Shown here piece after piece: positions 9,442-20,812 of a stretch of 64,000 nucleotides of DNA. The stretch covers positions 38,143 through 102,142 of the forward strand of contig CAVZHI010000021.1 of NCBI GenBank assembly GCA_963775015.1. The letters run 5' to 3'. The notes below the pieces were generated by a model. The model was given only the letters and a program-made list of their open reading frames with translations. It had not been told where the DNA came from and did no database searches. The position numbers were made by a program, and so were the translations under genes. The stretch is from an uncultured beta proteobacterium. GTDB lineage: Bacteria > Pseudomonadota > Gammaproteobacteria > Burkholderiales > Burkholderiaceae_C. Position 1 is the first letter of the stretch. Each line of letters starts with the position of its first letter.

Positions 9442-10269
9442 TCAAACCTCCAGGGCGGCGAGCAACGCTTCGAGCAAGGGCACGGCGTGAGTGCCCGCGG
9501 CCTGCGCTGCGGCGAGCGTGTGTTCATGGCTCAGGTGCGCGTCGTCCAGGCCGCAGCCCATGTTCGTCAGCAGCGACAGCGCGAGCACCTTCATCCCCTG
9601 TTGGCGCGCGACGATCGTCTCGGGAACGGTGCTCATCCCCACCGCTTGCGCGCCGAGCTGCTGCAGCATGCGGATCTCTGCCGGCGTTTCGAACTGCGGC
9701 CCGAGCATCCAGGCGTAAACGCCTTCGTGCAGCGTCACGCCACGCGCTTTCGCGATGCTTTGCGCCGCGGCTCGAAGCGCGGGGTCGTACGCGTCGCGCA
9801 GGTCGACGAAGCGCTGTGCGCCTTTCTCGAACAGCAGCGGCGTGCGCTGCACGAGGTTCAGGTGATCGGCGATCAGCATCAGCTCGCCCGGGCGCATGCG
9901 CCCATCGAGGCTGCCCGCAGCGTTCGTCTGCACGAGCATGCGCACGCCAAGTCGCGCCAGGGTGCGCAGCGCGCCCTTCATCGCTGCCGGATTGCCGTCT
10001 TCGTAGGTATGCTGGCGCCCGCTGAGCACGGCGACGTCACGCTCGCCGATGCGCCCGAGCAGCAGCCAGCCGGCGTGACCTTCGACCCCCGGGCGTGGGA
10101 ACGCCGGCAGATCCGCGTAGGGAATCGTCAGCGCGTCCTGCACGCCATGCGCGAGCGCGCCCCAGCCCGAGCCGAGCAGCACCGCGACCAGCGGTTGCCG
10201 GCGGCCCGAGCGCGAGCGAATCAGCGCCGCGCTGCGCTCGACGGCGTCTTCGAGCTCGTCTTCGTTCAT
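9442..10269 (-). CDS. Purine nucleoside phosphorylase (trimeric PNP/XapA-type family)
   Basis: Start taken at MNEDELE (10269), an ATGA overlap with the cdd stop. Motifs VLLGSGWG, GHAGWLLLG, SGRQHTYEDG and GMSTVPE. Confidence 0.85.
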   Translation of the reverse strand: MNEDELEDAVERSAALIRSRSGRRQPLVAVLLGSGWGALAHGVQDALTIPYADLPAFPRPGVEGHAGWLLLGRIGERDVAVLSGRQHTYEDGNPAAMKGALRTLARLGVRMLVQTNAAGSLDGRMRPGELMLIADHLNLVQRTPLLFEKGAQRFVDLRDAYDPALRAAAQSIAKARGVTLHEGVYAWMLGPQFETPAEIRMLQQLGAQAVGMSTVPETIVARQQGMKVLALSLLTNMGCGLDDAHLSHEHTLAAAQAAGTHAVPLLEALLAALEV

Positions 10270-10715
10270 GGCTTGAGCGCTCCCAGATGTGCTGGCCCGA
10301 AGCTCGCAGGGAGCAATTCGCCGAGCCTGTGCCGCGCCGTTACGGCGTGCAGGTCGGCCGACCAGACGGGGCAGTCGTCGGCAGCAAACTCGCGCAGCTT
10401 CTGCCGGCAGCCGCCGCACGGCGTGACGGGCTGCTCTGCCTCACCGACCACGACCGCGGCGCGCACTTGTCGGCCGCCTGCCAGGACGAGGTGCGCGAGC
10501 GCCGCGGCTTCGGCGCACAGGCCCTGCGGGTAAGCGGCGTTTTCGACGTTGCAGCCGGCGTGGATGCGGCCCTGCTCGTCGAGCAGCGCGGCACCCACGG
10601 CGAAGTGCGAGTAGGGCGCGTAGGCGTGGGCGCGCGCGGCGCGTGCCGCGTCGATCAGGCCTTGCATGGCATCGGCGCTCGGTGCGGTGCTCACCACGCT
10701 TGCTTCTCCCTTCAC
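10266..10715 (-). CDS. cdd: Cytidine deaminase
   Basis: 149 aa. Zinc motifs CAEAAAL and PCGGCRQKL. The GTG start overlaps the yejF-like stop (GTGA). Confidence 0.85.
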   Translation of the reverse strand: MKGEASVVSTAPSADAMQGLIDAARAARAHAYAPYSHFAVGAALLDEQGRIHAGCNVENAAYPQGLCAEAAALAHLVLAGGRQVRAAVVVGEAEQPVTPCGGCRQKLREFAADDCPVWSADLHAVTARHRLGELLPASFGPAHLGALKP

Positions 10716-12319
10716 GCCAAATGCGCCGCGGCGAGCAGCGTGCGCGTGTACTCATGCGCCGGTGCGTCGAACACGCCAAGTGCGTCGCCCTGCTCGACGA
10801 TCTCGCCGTCTTTCATGACGAGCAAACGGTGCGACATCGCGCGCACGACGGCGAGGTCGTGGCTGATGAAGACATAACTCATCGCGTAGCGCTGCTGCAG
10901 TTGCGCGAGCAGGGCGAGCACCTGCTGCTGCACCGAGACGTCGAGCGCGGAGGTCGGCTCGTCGAGCACCAGCACCTCGGGGCGCAGCACGACGGCGCGC
11001 GCGATCGCGATGCGCTGGCGCTGGCCGCCGGAAAATTCATGCGGATAGCGCTGCAATACGCCGGCGACGCCGTGGCGTTCGCTGAGGCCCACTTCGTCGA
11101 GCATTTGTTCGACGAGCTGCTCGCGCTCGGCATCCGGCAGCTCGGCGCGGTGCAGCGCAAGGCCTTCGCCGACGATCTGCCCCACCGTCAAACGCGGCGA
11201 GAGCGAAGCGAACGGGTCCTGGAAAACGACCTGCATGCGCCGGCGCATCGCGCGCAAGGTCTGCCGGTCCGCGGTGTCGATTCGCGTGCCACCCATCTCG
11301 ACGCTGCCGCCCGCCACGTCTTGCAGCGCGAGCAGCGCCATGCCGAGCGTCGTCTTGCCGGAGCCCGATTCGCCGACGATGCCCAGGGTCTCGCCGCGCT
11401 TCAGCGTCAGCGTCGCGTCGCGAACGGCGACGAGGCTGCGTTTTCTGAACCAGCCGATCGGCGTATGGAACTCAACACGAAGCGCTTGCCCGGAAAGCAG
11501 CGTCGGTGCGTCGCTTGGCACCGGTTGAACGACACGTTGCGGCCGGCTCGCGAGCAGCCTTTTCGTGTAGTCGTGCTGGGGCGCGCCGAACACTTGCGTG
11601 GTCGCGCCCATTTCGACGAGCCGGCCCTGCTGCATCACGCCGACGCGATCGCTGAAGCGGCGCACCAGGTTCAGGTCGTGCGTGATGAAGAGCAGCGCCA
11701 TTCCCATCTCGCGCTGCAGCTCGTCGAGCAGCGCCAGGATCTGCGCCTGGATCGTCACGTCGAGGGCCGTCGTCGGCTCGTCGGCGATGAGCAATTTGGG
11801 GCCGCAGGCGAGCGCCATCGCGATCATCGCGCGCTGGCGCTGGCCGCCCGAGAGCTGGTGCGGATAGGCTTCGATGCGCTGCTGCGGATCCGGGATTCCG
11901 GTGCGCGCGAGCAGCTCAATCGCGCGCGATCGCGCTTGCGCCTTGGACAGACCCTGGTGCAGTTCGAGCACTTCGCCGATCTGGTTCCCCACCGTGTAGA
12001 GAGGGTTCAGCGCCGTCATCGGCTCCTGGAAAATCATGCCGATCGCCGCGCCGCGCAACTCCTGCATCTCGCGCTCGGTCTTCGTGCGCAGGTCCACACC
12101 TTCAAAATGGATCGCGCCGCTCGTGGTGGCGGCGTCGACGAGGCGCAAGATCGAGAGCGCGCTGATCGACTTGCCGGAGCCCGACTCGCCGACGAGCGCG
12201 AACTTCTCGCCCGCGGCAACGCTGAACGACACGTCGTCGACGACGCGCGAGTCGCCGAAGCTGACGCTCAGGTGTTCGACCGAGAGCAGGGGTGATCCGA
12301 TCATGTCTGCCGGGCTCAT
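10712..12319 (-). CDS. yejF: Double-domain ABC ATPase of the yejABEF/oligopeptide-like importer
   Basis: 535 aa. Two Walker A sites (GESGSGKS twice), two signatures (LSGGQRQR twice), two Walker B sites (LIADEPT, LVLDEPT). Confidence 0.85.
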   Translation of the reverse strand: MSPADMIGSPLLSVEHLSVSFGDSRVVDDVSFSVAAGEKFALVGESGSGKSISALSILRLVDAATTSGAIHFEGVDLRTKTEREMQELRGAAIGMIFQEPMTALNPLYTVGNQIGEVLELHQGLSKAQARSRAIELLARTGIPDPQQRIEAYPHQLSGGQRQRAMIAMALACGPKLLIADEPTTALDVTIQAQILALLDELQREMGMALLFITHDLNLVRRFSDRVGVMQQGRLVEMGATTQVFGAPQHDYTKRLLASRPQRVVQPVPSDAPTLLSGQALRVEFHTPIGWFRKRSLVAVRDATLTLKRGETLGIVGESGSGKTTLGMALLALQDVAGGSVEMGGTRIDTADRQTLRAMRRRMQVVFQDPFASLSPRLTVGQIVGEGLALHRAELPDAEREQLVEQMLDEVGLSERHGVAGVLQRYPHEFSGGQRQRIAIARAVVLRPEVLVLDEPTSALDVSVQQQVLALLAQLQQRYAMSYVFISHDLAVVRAMSHRLLVMKDGEIVEQGDALGVFDAPAHEYTRTLLAAAHLA

Positions 12320-13387
12320 GATTTACGCGTATCGAAAGCGTCGCGCAGCGCGTCGCCGATGAAGGTGAGCAGCAGCAGCGTCATCACGAGAACGATGAAG
12401 GTCGGAAAAATGATCCACCACGCGTCCAGGTTCGCCTTGCCCTGCTTCACGAGGTCGCCGAGCGACGGTACCGAGGCCGGAACGCCCAGGCCGAGGAAGT
12501 CGAGCGCAACGAGCGACAGGATCGCGCCGCTCATTCGGAACGGCAGGAACGTGATCACCGGCGTCATCGAGTTCGGCAGCACATGGCGCCAGATGATCTG
12601 CCGGTTCGACAGGCCGAGCGCGCGCGCCGCCTTCACGAACTCGAGGCCGCGATTGCGCAGGAACTCGGCACGCACGTAGTCGGACAGGCCGATCCAGCCG
12701 AACAGCGACAGCAGCACGAGCAAGCAGCAGCAGCGAAGGCTCGAAGATCGAGGCAAAGATGATGAGCAGGTAGAGCTCGGGAATCGAGCTCCAGATCTCG
12801 ATCAGGCGCTGCACGCCGAGATCGACGCGGCCGCCGAAGTAGCCCTGCAGCGCGCCCATCGCGACGCCGATCGCCGTTCCCACCGCCGCTAGCGCAAGGG
12901 CAAAGATGATGCTGATCCGAAATCCATAGAGCAGGCGCGCGAGCATGTCCTGCCCCAGGCTGTCGGTGCCGAGCCAGTTCTTCGCGCTCGGCGGCGCCGG
13001 GTTTGGTTCTTTCTGGAAGTAGTCGGTCGAGGTCGCCGAATGCGGATTGATCGTTCCGAGTTTCCAGTTGCCGGGCTTGGCGAACTGCTCGGCGATGAAC
13101 GGGTCTTTCCAGTCGGTGGGCGTGGCGAAGTCGCCGCCGTAAGCCGTCTCCGGCGGGTTGTGAAAAATCGGCAGCGACCAACTGCCGTTGTAGCGCGCGA
13201 GCAGCGGCCGGTCGTTGCTGATGAGTTCGGCCAGTGCGCTCAGCACCAGCAATCCGAGCATGAGCCAGAGCGACGCAGTGCCGAGGCGATTGCGCCGAAA
13301 CCGCGCCCAGGCGCGTTGATTCGGCGACAGCGGCTTCTTCGCCGGCAGGGCGGGCGAGTCCGCCGACGCAAACGTGACGCTCGTCAT
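12316..13387 (-). pseudogene. yejE: yejE-like ABC permease, one frame disruption near 12722
   Basis: The N-terminal about 220 aa lie in the frame of ORF 12323..14635 ([12 protein letters not shown]...IIFASIFEPSL). The C-terminal 146 aa lie in ORF 12316..12756 (...LSLFGWIGLSDYVRAEFLRNRGLEFVKAARALG). The frames join if one base is removed in ctgcttGctcgtg. Confidence 0.7.
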
Positions 13388-14419
13388 TTCGCGACGCTCC
13401 CGAACTGAACCCGCGGGTCGACGACGACGTAAAGCAGGTCGGAAAACAACTTGACTCCGAGACCGATCAGCGTGAACAGGAACAGCGAACCGAGCACGAC
13501 CGGGTAGTCGCGGCGCACGATCGATTCGTACGACAGCAGCCCGAGGCCGTCGAGCGAGAACAGGTTTTCGATCAGCAGCGAGCCGCCGAAGAAGGCGAAC
13601 ACGAACGCTGCGGGAAGGCCGGTGACGAGCGGGATCAGCGCGTTGCGGAACACATGCTTCCACAGCACCGTCTTCTGCGACAAACCCTTCGCGCGCGCGA
13701 CGAGCACGTACTGTTTGCGCAGCTCTTCGATGAAGGTGTTTTTCGTGAGCAAGCGTGACGATCGCGAAGCTCTCGATCACGTAGCAGATCATCGGCAGCG
13801 TCAGGTGCCAGAAGTAGTCGGCGATTCGTGCCGGCCAGGCGAGCTCGGCCCAGTTGTCGGAGGTCAGGCCGCGCAGCGGAAAGACGTCGAAGAAGCTGCC
13901 GCCGGCAAAGAGCACGATGAGGAAGACGCCGAGCACGAAGCCGGGGATCGCGAATCCGATCAGGACGAGCAGCGTCGTCGCCACATCGAACCGCGACCCC
14001 TCGCGCACCGCCTTGGCGATGCCGAGCGGCAGCGACACGAGGTAGGTGAGCAGGAATGCCCAGAGTCCCAGGCTCATCGACACCGGCAATTTCTCCTTGA
14101 TCAGCGTCCACACCTCCTTGTTGTGCAGGAAGCTGCGACCGAGGTTGAACTGGGCGAAGCTGGCGAGCATCTCGACGTAGCGCACGTGCACCGGCTTGTC
14201 GAAGCCGTAGAGCTTCTTCAACTCCTCGAGCTGTTTCGCGTCGCTGTCGCGCCCCGCCTTGTACGCCGAGCCTTCGCCGCTCTTGCCGATGCGCGCTTCG
14301 GCCATGAGCTGCTCGATCGGGCCACCGGGAACGAACTGGATCACGATGAAAGTCACCGTCAGCACGCCGAGCAGCGTGGGCACCATGAGCAGCAGGCGCT
14401 TCAGGATGTAGATCAGCAT
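13384..14419 (-). pseudogene. yejB: yejB-like ABC permease, one frame disruption near 13751
   Basis: N-terminal part MLIYILKRLLLMVPTLLGVL...[11 protein letters not shown], then C-terminal part [23 protein letters not shown] in ORF 13384..13752. The frames join if one g is removed in acgcttGctcacg. Confidence 0.7.
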
Positions 14420-16348
14420 GCGGGGGTCACCTCGTTTCGAGCACGCTTCTTCATCGCTTCGCGGTGCCTTTGAGCCCACCAGGTCGTGATCGGCCAGGCG
14501 AGCTGGAAGTCGGTGTCGGGCGGAAGGTCGGCAGTGAAGAACTTCGGCGCGCACGGCGGGAATGCCGAACTTGTTGCGGTAGGAAATGGGCTCGAAGTCG
14601 CTGTACAGCTCGGGAACCTGCCAGTGGTTCCACATGATCGACGCGGTCGAGCGCGCGGCAAGCGGCGCGAAACTGCTCCAGCGTGGTCGGCGCGGTTCAT
14701 CGCGGCGAGGATAGCGTCCACGGCGGCGCTCTTCACGCCGCGGATATTGTTGTTGCCCTTTTCAGGTCGGCCGACTTGCTGCCGTAGAGCGTTCAGGTAG
14801 TCGGCAGTCGAGGGCAGGCCGAACGCGGGCTCGACGATCGTGACGATGTCGAAGTCGTATTCCTCGAGGCGCCGGCTGTAGAGCGCGAAGTCGACGTTGC
14901 GCAATCTTGAGCGTGATGCCCAGCTTGTCGAGGTTGTGCGCCCAGGCGTTCATGCGCGCGTCGTTGCACGCTGTCGCCGGGCGCGAGGTACTCGAATCTC
15001 GAAAGCCTCGCCCCTCGCGTTGCGCAGTTTGCCGTCGGGCGCCGAGCTTCCAGCCCGCCGCCTCCAGCAGCGCGCGCGCCTGGAGCAGGTTGCGCCGCAG
15101 CGCGTGCACGTCTGCAGTCGGTGCGTGGCGCGACGAACGACTGGGCCGAACACTTCGGCAGGCAAATCTTTGCGGTAGGGTTCGAGCAGCCTCAGTTCGC
15201 CCGCAGAGGGCAGCCCCTGCGCCGCGAAGTCGGAATTGTTGAAGACGCTGTTTGCGCGCTTGTAGCAGGCGGATAACGATTGTTCGTTTCGAAGTCGTAA
15301 GCTCAGGCCGATCGCCTCACGCACGCGGATATCCTGGAATATCGCCCGGCGCGAGTTGATCTGGTACGACTGCAAGCCCTGTCCGGTGCCGACTGCAAAC
15401 GCGTGTTTGACGATGCGCCCGTCGTCCCACTTCGGGCCGCGGTGCTGGCGCATCCAGATGCGTGCGCCGTAGACGCGCACCAGGTCGAACTCGCCCGCCT
15501 TGAACGCTTCGAGCGCGATCGTCTCGTCCTGGTAGAAGCGATAGACGACCCGGTCGAAGTTGAAAAAGCCGCGCCGCACAGGCAAGCTCGCGCGCCCAAT
15601 AGTTCGGGTTGTGTTGCAGCTCGAAGCGGCGCCCCGAGTCGGCGACGGCGATCCGTGTACGGCCCGCTCATGAGCGGATGTTCGTCGACGATCTCGTCGA
15701 AGCGCGTGTGCGTGCCGTCGGCTTTCAAGCCCCATTTGCGCGAGAACACCGGCAGCGCCCGACCTTGAACAGCGTGTCGCTGCTGCGCTCGGTCAGATCG
15801 AAGCGGATCGTTCGCGCGTCGACCACGGTCGCGCCGCGCACGCCGGCGAGCGTGGAGCTGTAGGTCGGCGACGCGTACTTGCCGGCGAGCGACTCGAAGC
15901 TGTACTTCACGTCCTCCGCGGTCACCGGGTCGCCGTTGCTGAAGCGCGCCAGCGGGTGCAGGCGAAACGTGATCGCGCTCAGGTCGGGCTCGATCCGCAT
16001 CTCTTGCGCGAGCAGCCCGTACATCGTGCGCGGTTCGTCGGCGCCGAGAATCGCGAGCGGCTCCAGCATGAAGATGCCCATGCCGGCGGGCGCGTTGCCG
16101 CGGATCGTGAAGGTGTTGAACTTGTCGAAGCTGGTGCGCCGGTCCGGGTTCGGCAGGTAGAGGACCCCGCCCTTGGGCGCGTCGGGATTCACGTACTCGA
16201 AGTGCTTGAAGTCTCTGCCGTACTTCGGTTCGCCGAATGCCGCGTAGGCGTGCACCCAAGGGGCACTACCAGGCTCGGCACTCCACGCAGCGCCGCATGC
16301 GGCGCCGAGCAATGCGAGGCCAATGCGGCTAACGCTGCGCCGGATCAC
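14413..16348 (-). pseudogene. yejA: yejA-like periplasmic binding protein, heavily disrupted copy (at least 8 frame changes)
   Basis: Pieces homologous to the intact neighbour are spread over all three minus frames: 15725..16348, 15303..16259, 14950..15735, 14762..15109 and 14413..14904. Examples are WVHAYAAFGEPKYGRDF, FNFDRVVYRFYQDETIALEAFKAGEFD and NLLQARALLEAAGWKLG. Confidence 0.75.
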
Positions 16349-18236
16349 GAATCCACCACGTCAGAACAGGCCACGCCGGTTGCGCGTCGCTCGGGCTGTC
16401 GATCGAGTAGTACTTCGGCAGCACCTGCGGGCGGCCGAATTTGTTCCAGTAGCTCGTCGGCAGGCGCGAGAAGTACAGGTCCGGCACCTGCCAGTGGTTC
16501 CACATCACGATCCGGTCCAGCGCGCGGCACGCGGTGCGCAGCTCGTCGAGCGTGCGTACCTCGGTCATGACCTGGATCACGTGGTCGACCGCCGCGCTTT
16601 TCACGCCGCGAAAATTGTTGTTGCCCTTGTCGTCGGCGGCTTTGCTGCCGTACAGGCTGAGAAAGTTGCTCGGCTCAGGCAGCGTGAAGCGGCCTTCGAC
16701 GATCGCGATCATGTCGTAGTCGTAGTTCTCCAGGCGCCGCCGGTACAGGGCAAAATCGACCTGGCGCGTTTTCATCGTGATGCCGAGTTTGGCGAGGTTC
16801 TTTTCCCAATCCGCCATGCGCGAGCCTTCTTCGGGCGTCAGGTACTCGAACTCGAACGCTTCGCCCTTGGCGTTGCGCAGTTTCGCGTCGGACCCAAGCT
16901 TCCAGCCTGCGGCTTCCAACAGGGCGCGCGCCTTCAGCAGATTGGCGCGCAGCTTGTGCGCGTCGCCGTCGGTGTCGGGTGCGCGGTAGGGCGGGCCGAA
17001 CACCTGCGCTGGCAGCTGATCGCGAAACGGCTCGAGCAGTTTCAGTTCCTCCGGTGACGGCAGGCCCTGCGCCGCGAACTCGGAGTTGTTGAACATGCTG
17101 TGTGCGCGCCGGTACATTTTGAACCGGTTGTTCAGCGTGTCGAAGTCGTAGCTCAGGCCGAGCGCTTCGCGCACCCGGATGTCGTGGAAGATCGGCCGGC
17201 GCAAATTCAGATCGTAGGCCTGCAGGTGCTGGCCGAAGCCGGTCTCGAAGAGCTCCTTCACGATCCGGCCGTCGTCCCACTTCGGGCCCTTGTGCTGGCG
17301 GTTCCAGGTGCGCGCGCCGTAAACGCGAACGATGTCGTACTCGCCCGCCTTGAACGCTTCGGTGGCCGCGGTGTCGTCCTGATAGTAGCGGTAAACGATC
17401 AGGTCGAAGTTGAAGAAGCCCCGCCGCAGCGGAAGCTCGCGCGCCCAGTACTGCGGGTTGCGCTTGAACTCGATGCGCCGGCCGGGGTCGATCGCGCCCA
17501 ACAGGTACGGGCCGGTCGTGAGCGGCGGCTCGTTCACGATCTGGTCGAACTGTTTCGGTTGGCCGTCCGGCCCCGGGGCCCACTTGCGCGAGAACACCGG
17601 CAAGCCGCCGAGCGTGAACAGCATGTCGTTGCTGCGTTCTTTCAGATCGAAGCGAATCGTCCGCGGGTCCAGTACGGTCGCGCCGGCCACGCCTTCGAAT
17701 GCCGAGCGGTAGGCGGGCGAGGCGAACTTGCTGGTGAGCGAATCGAAGCTGTACTTCACGTCGTCGGCGGTGACCGGGTCGCCATTGATGAAGCGAGCCT
17801 TCGGATTCAGGCGGAATTCGATCGACGACTTGTCGGGCGCGACGCGCATCTCCTGCGCGAGCAGGCCGTACATCGTCTGCGGTTCGTCGGCGCTGAGAAC
17901 GGCCAGGCTCTCGAACATCAGGATCACGAGCCCACCCGGCGAGCTGCCGCGCGTCGTGAACGGGTTGTACTTGTCGAAGCTGGTGCGCCGGTCGGGATTT
18001 TTCAGGCGCAGTGTGCCGCCCTTGGGCGCCTGCGGATCGGCGTATTCGAAGTGGGTAAAGGTAGCCGGATATTTCGGCTCGCCGAACGCTGCGTAGGCGT
18101 GCACCCAGCGCCCGGCGGGTGCGCCTGCCGGGGCCTGGGGCGCGCCGGCGGCCGCGGCACTGCCAGCGCCACAGAGCAGGGCGAGCCCCGCGCTCCAGAG
18201 CCGAAGCGTCAACATCGTGGCGGCAAGTTGACCCAT
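16329..18236 (-). CDS. yejA: yejA-like periplasmic substrate-binding protein (family 5 SBP), intact copy
   Basis: 635-aa uninterrupted ORF with a signal peptide (LTLRLWSAGLALLCGAGSAAAAG). Collinear with the fragments of the upstream pseudogene copy. Confidence 0.85.
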   Translation of the reverse strand: MGQLAATMLTLRLWSAGLALLCGAGSAAAAGAPQAPAGAPAGRWVHAYAAFGEPKYPATFTHFEYADPQAPKGGTLRLKNPDRRTSFDKYNPFTTRGSSPGGLVILMFESLAVLSADEPQTMYGLLAQEMRVAPDKSSIEFRLNPKARFINGDPVTADDVKYSFDSLTSKFASPAYRSAFEGVAGATVLDPRTIRFDLKERSNDMLFTLGGLPVFSRKWAPGPDGQPKQFDQIVNEPPLTTGPYLLGAIDPGRRIEFKRNPQYWARELPLRRGFFNFDLIVYRYYQDDTAATEAFKAGEYDIVRVYGARTWNRQHKGPKWDDGRIVKELFETGFGQHLQAYDLNLRRPIFHDIRVREALGLSYDFDTLNNRFKMYRRAHSMFNNSEFAAQGLPSPEELKLLEPFRDQLPAQVFGPPYRAPDTDGDAHKLRANLLKARALLEAAGWKLGSDAKLRNAKGEAFEFEYLTPEEGSRMADWEKNLAKLGITMKTRQVDFALYRRRLENYDYDMIAIVEGRFTLPEPSNFLSLYGSKAADDKGNNNFRGVKSAAVDHVIQVMTEVRTLDELRTACRALDRIVMWNHWQVPDLYFSRLPTSYWNKFGRPQVLPKYYSIDSPSDAQPAWPVLTWWIRDPAQR

Positions 18237-18392
18237 GCAGGGCGTTCCCTAAGAAGTATCGGCGCGCCAGCATGGGCGCTGCACGCGCAGGCCGCCATTC
18301 TGCGGGACGCCGGGGCAAACGCAATTTGGCAAACGGGCCGGGCCACACGAGCCCACGCCCTCGCGCGCGGCTCGCGCCGCGCCGAGTCAGGC

Positions 18393-19363
18393 TCAGCGCT
18401 CCTTGACATAAGGCACACCGAGTGCCTTTGGCGCATGCGCCCGACCGATGAAACCGGCGAGCAACACGACCGTCATCAAATACGGCAGTGCTTGGATCAA
18501 TTGCACCGGCACGCTGCCGATCAGGGGCAGAACACTGCCCTGCAAACGGATCGCCGCGGCGTCGAGAAAGCCGAACAGCAGGCACGCCCAGAGAGCGCCG
18601 ACCGGGTGCCACTTGCCGAAGATCATCGCCGCGAGCGCCATGTAGCCGCGCCCGGCCGTCATGTGCGGAATGAAACTCGGGTTCTGCGCCAGCACCAGGT
18701 AGGCGCCGGCGAGCGCGGCGAGTACGCCGTTGCCGGCGAGCGCGGTGTAGCGCAGGCGCACGATCGACACGCCCGCCGCGTCGACCATCGCCGGGTTTTC
18801 GCCGGCGGCGCGCAGGCGCAGGCCGAAGCGCGTGCGGTACATGAACCACCACACCGCGGGCACGAGCGCGAGGCTGAGGTAGACGAAGCCGTTGTGGCCG
18901 AGCAATCCGAGCGCGAGCAGAGTGCCCGACGACGCGGAACGTCGCGCAGCGCGCCGGCGATTCCTGCAAACCAGTTGCTCAAGCGGACCGTGTCGGGCAG
19001 GGGCGGCGTCTGCCCGCCCTGCTGGAACCAGGCGATTCCAAGCACGACGGTGAGGCCGGCTGCCGTCATCGTGATCGCCATGCCCATCACGACCTGGTCG
19101 CCGCGGTGGCTGACGCAGGCGTAGCCGTGCAGCATCGACAAGAGCACGCCGACGATCACCGCGGCGAGCAGCGCCAGCAGCATCGAGCCGCTGAACGCGC
19201 CGACGCTGCCGGTGGCGAACGCGCAGAGCAGCATCTTGCCCTCCAGGCCGAGGTCGATGACGCCGGAGCGCTCGGCGAGCGTTCCGGCAAGCGCGCACAG
19301 GATCAGCGGCACCGAGACGCGCAGGGTCGACGCGAGCAGGGTCGCTAGGCCTAGTTCGTCCAT
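18393..19363 (-). pseudogene. BMP-type (nucleoside/simple-sugar) ABC permease, one frame disruption near 18948
   Basis: N-terminal part MDELGLATLLASTLRVSVPLILCALAGTLAERSGVIDLGLEG in ORF 18659..19423. C-terminal part GTLLALGLLGHNGFVYLSLALVPAVWWFMYRTRFGLRLRAAGENP at the end of ORF 18393..20243. Confidence 0.7.
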
Positions 19364-19386
19364 TTGGCGGTCGCGATGATCGGCCG

Positions 19387-19413
19387 GTGGATCCCGGCGT
19401 GCGCCGGGATGAC
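19387..19413. repeat. REP-like 27-nt palindromic unit (gtggatcccggcgtgcgccgggatgac)
   Basis: Internal hairpin cccggc-N4-gccggg. Lies between the two permease genes. Same family as the other REP units listed. Confidence 0.85.
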
Positions 19414-19444
19414 AGATACGCACGGTGTGCGGGGGTGCATTCGG

Positions 19445-20575
19445 TCAGCCTTGCGCCGGGAGGGCACGTGGGTCGCGCCGGCTCTGCCACGCGCCCCAAG
19501 CGCGCGCCAGCCGGGGCGCGGCGACCTGGCCGAGCGCGCCGCAGAAGAGAACGATCAGCCCCTGCAGCGTGAACACCATGTCGCGGCTGAAACCGGGGAT
19601 CTCGAACGCGAGTTCGGCGCCGCCCTGGTACAGCGCACCGAAGAGCAGCGCGGCGAGAACGATTCCCAGCGGGTGATTGCGCCCGATCAGCGACACCGCG
19701 ATCCCGGCAAAACCCGCGCCGACCACATAGTCGAGCAACAGCCGGCCGTGCACGCCGGCGACTTCGTTGATCCCGACGAGCCCGGCGAGCGCGCCCGAAA
19801 TCGCCATCGACAGCAGCACCTGGGCGCGCGGGCGGATTCCGGCGTAGCGCGCCGCTTCCGGCGCGTGGCCCGCGGCGCGCAGCGCGTAGCCGGGTTTGGT
19901 CTTCCACAGGAACCCGCCGACGCCGAGTGCGGCGAGCACGGCCAGCAGCACGCTCAAGTTCAGCGGCGAGCGCGGCCAGTCGATCCCGAACCAGGCGAGC
20001 ACTTCGTGCACGCCGGCGACATGCGCGGCAGCGCCGAAGCTGCGGCTTTCCACCGTCATGTTGCCCGGCTCCTTGAGCACGTCGATGAGCACATAGGCGA
20101 GCAGCGCCGAGGCGAGAAAATTGAACATGATCGTCGTGATCACGATGTGGCTGCCGCGCCAGGCCTGCAGCACCGCGGGCACGCTCGCCCAGGCGGCGCC
20201 GGCGAGCATCGCGGCGATGACCATCGCCGGCCAGACGAGCCACGCCGGGTAGTGGTCGCCGAGCGCGAGCGCGGCCAGCGCCGTCCCCAGGCCGCCGAGC
20301 ATCGCCTGGCCTTCGCCGCCGATGTTGAACAGCCCGGCGTGGTAGGCGACAGCGACCGCGAGGCCGGTGAAGACAAATGTCGTCGCGTAGTAGAGCGTGT
20401 AGCTGAGGCCGATGCGGCTGCCGAACGCACCTTTGATGAGCAGGGCGAGCACTTGCGCCGGGCTCTGGCCGACGATCAAGACGACGACGCCGCAGGCGAG
20501 AAGCGCCAGCGCGAGGTTGAACACGGGTAGCACGAACAGGTCGAGCCAGCGTGGCATGTCCAGGGGTTGGCTCAT
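19445..20575 (-). CDS. BMP-type ABC permease
   Basis: Start at MSQPLDMPRWLDLFV (20575). The 37 upstream codons of the ORF are a REP translation (VIPAKAGIH...VDPGFRRDD). Multi-TM protein with the GLFNIGGEGQ motif. Confidence 0.85.
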   Translation of the reverse strand: MSQPLDMPRWLDLFVLPVFNLALALLACGVVVLIVGQSPAQVLALLIKGAFGSRIGLSYTLYYATTFVFTGLAVAVAYHAGLFNIGGEGQAMLGGLGTALAALALGDHYPAWLVWPAMVIAAMLAGAAWASVPAVLQAWRGSHIVITTIMFNFLASALLAYVLIDVLKEPGNMTVESRSFGAAAHVAGVHEVLAWFGIDWPRSPLNLSVLLAVLAALGVGGFLWKTKPGYALRAAGHAPEAARYAGIRPRAQVLLSMAISGALAGLVGINEVAGVHGRLLLDYVVGAGFAGIAVSLIGRNHPLGIVLAALLFGALYQGGAELAFEIPGFSRDMVFTLQGLIVLFCGALGQVAAPRLARAWGAWQSRRDPRALPAQG

Positions 20576-20587
20576 GGTCTCCCCCGC

Positions 20588-20802
20588 GTCATCCCGGCGA
20601 AAGCCGGGATCCACCGTCTGAACGGCGAACAGGGGCCCACAGTGGATCCCGGCTTTCGCCGGGATGACGGTCGGTGCAGCGCGCATCGGCCCACAGTGGA
20701 TCCCGGCGTTCGCCGGGATGACGGTCCGCGTGGCAATGGTGTCTCACGCGACTGCCCGGCGCGCATCGGCCCACGGTGGCTCCCGGCCTTCGCCGGGATG
20801 AC
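20588..20802. repeat. Cluster of four REP-like units (20588-20614, 20642-20668, 20696-20722, 20776-20802)
   Basis: One unit is in gtcatcccggcgaaagccgggatccac orientation. Three are inverted, each preceded by gcgcatcggcccacVgtgg. They fill the whole ATPase-permease intergenic gap. Confidence 0.9.
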
Positions 20803-20812
20803 GATGCGCGCC

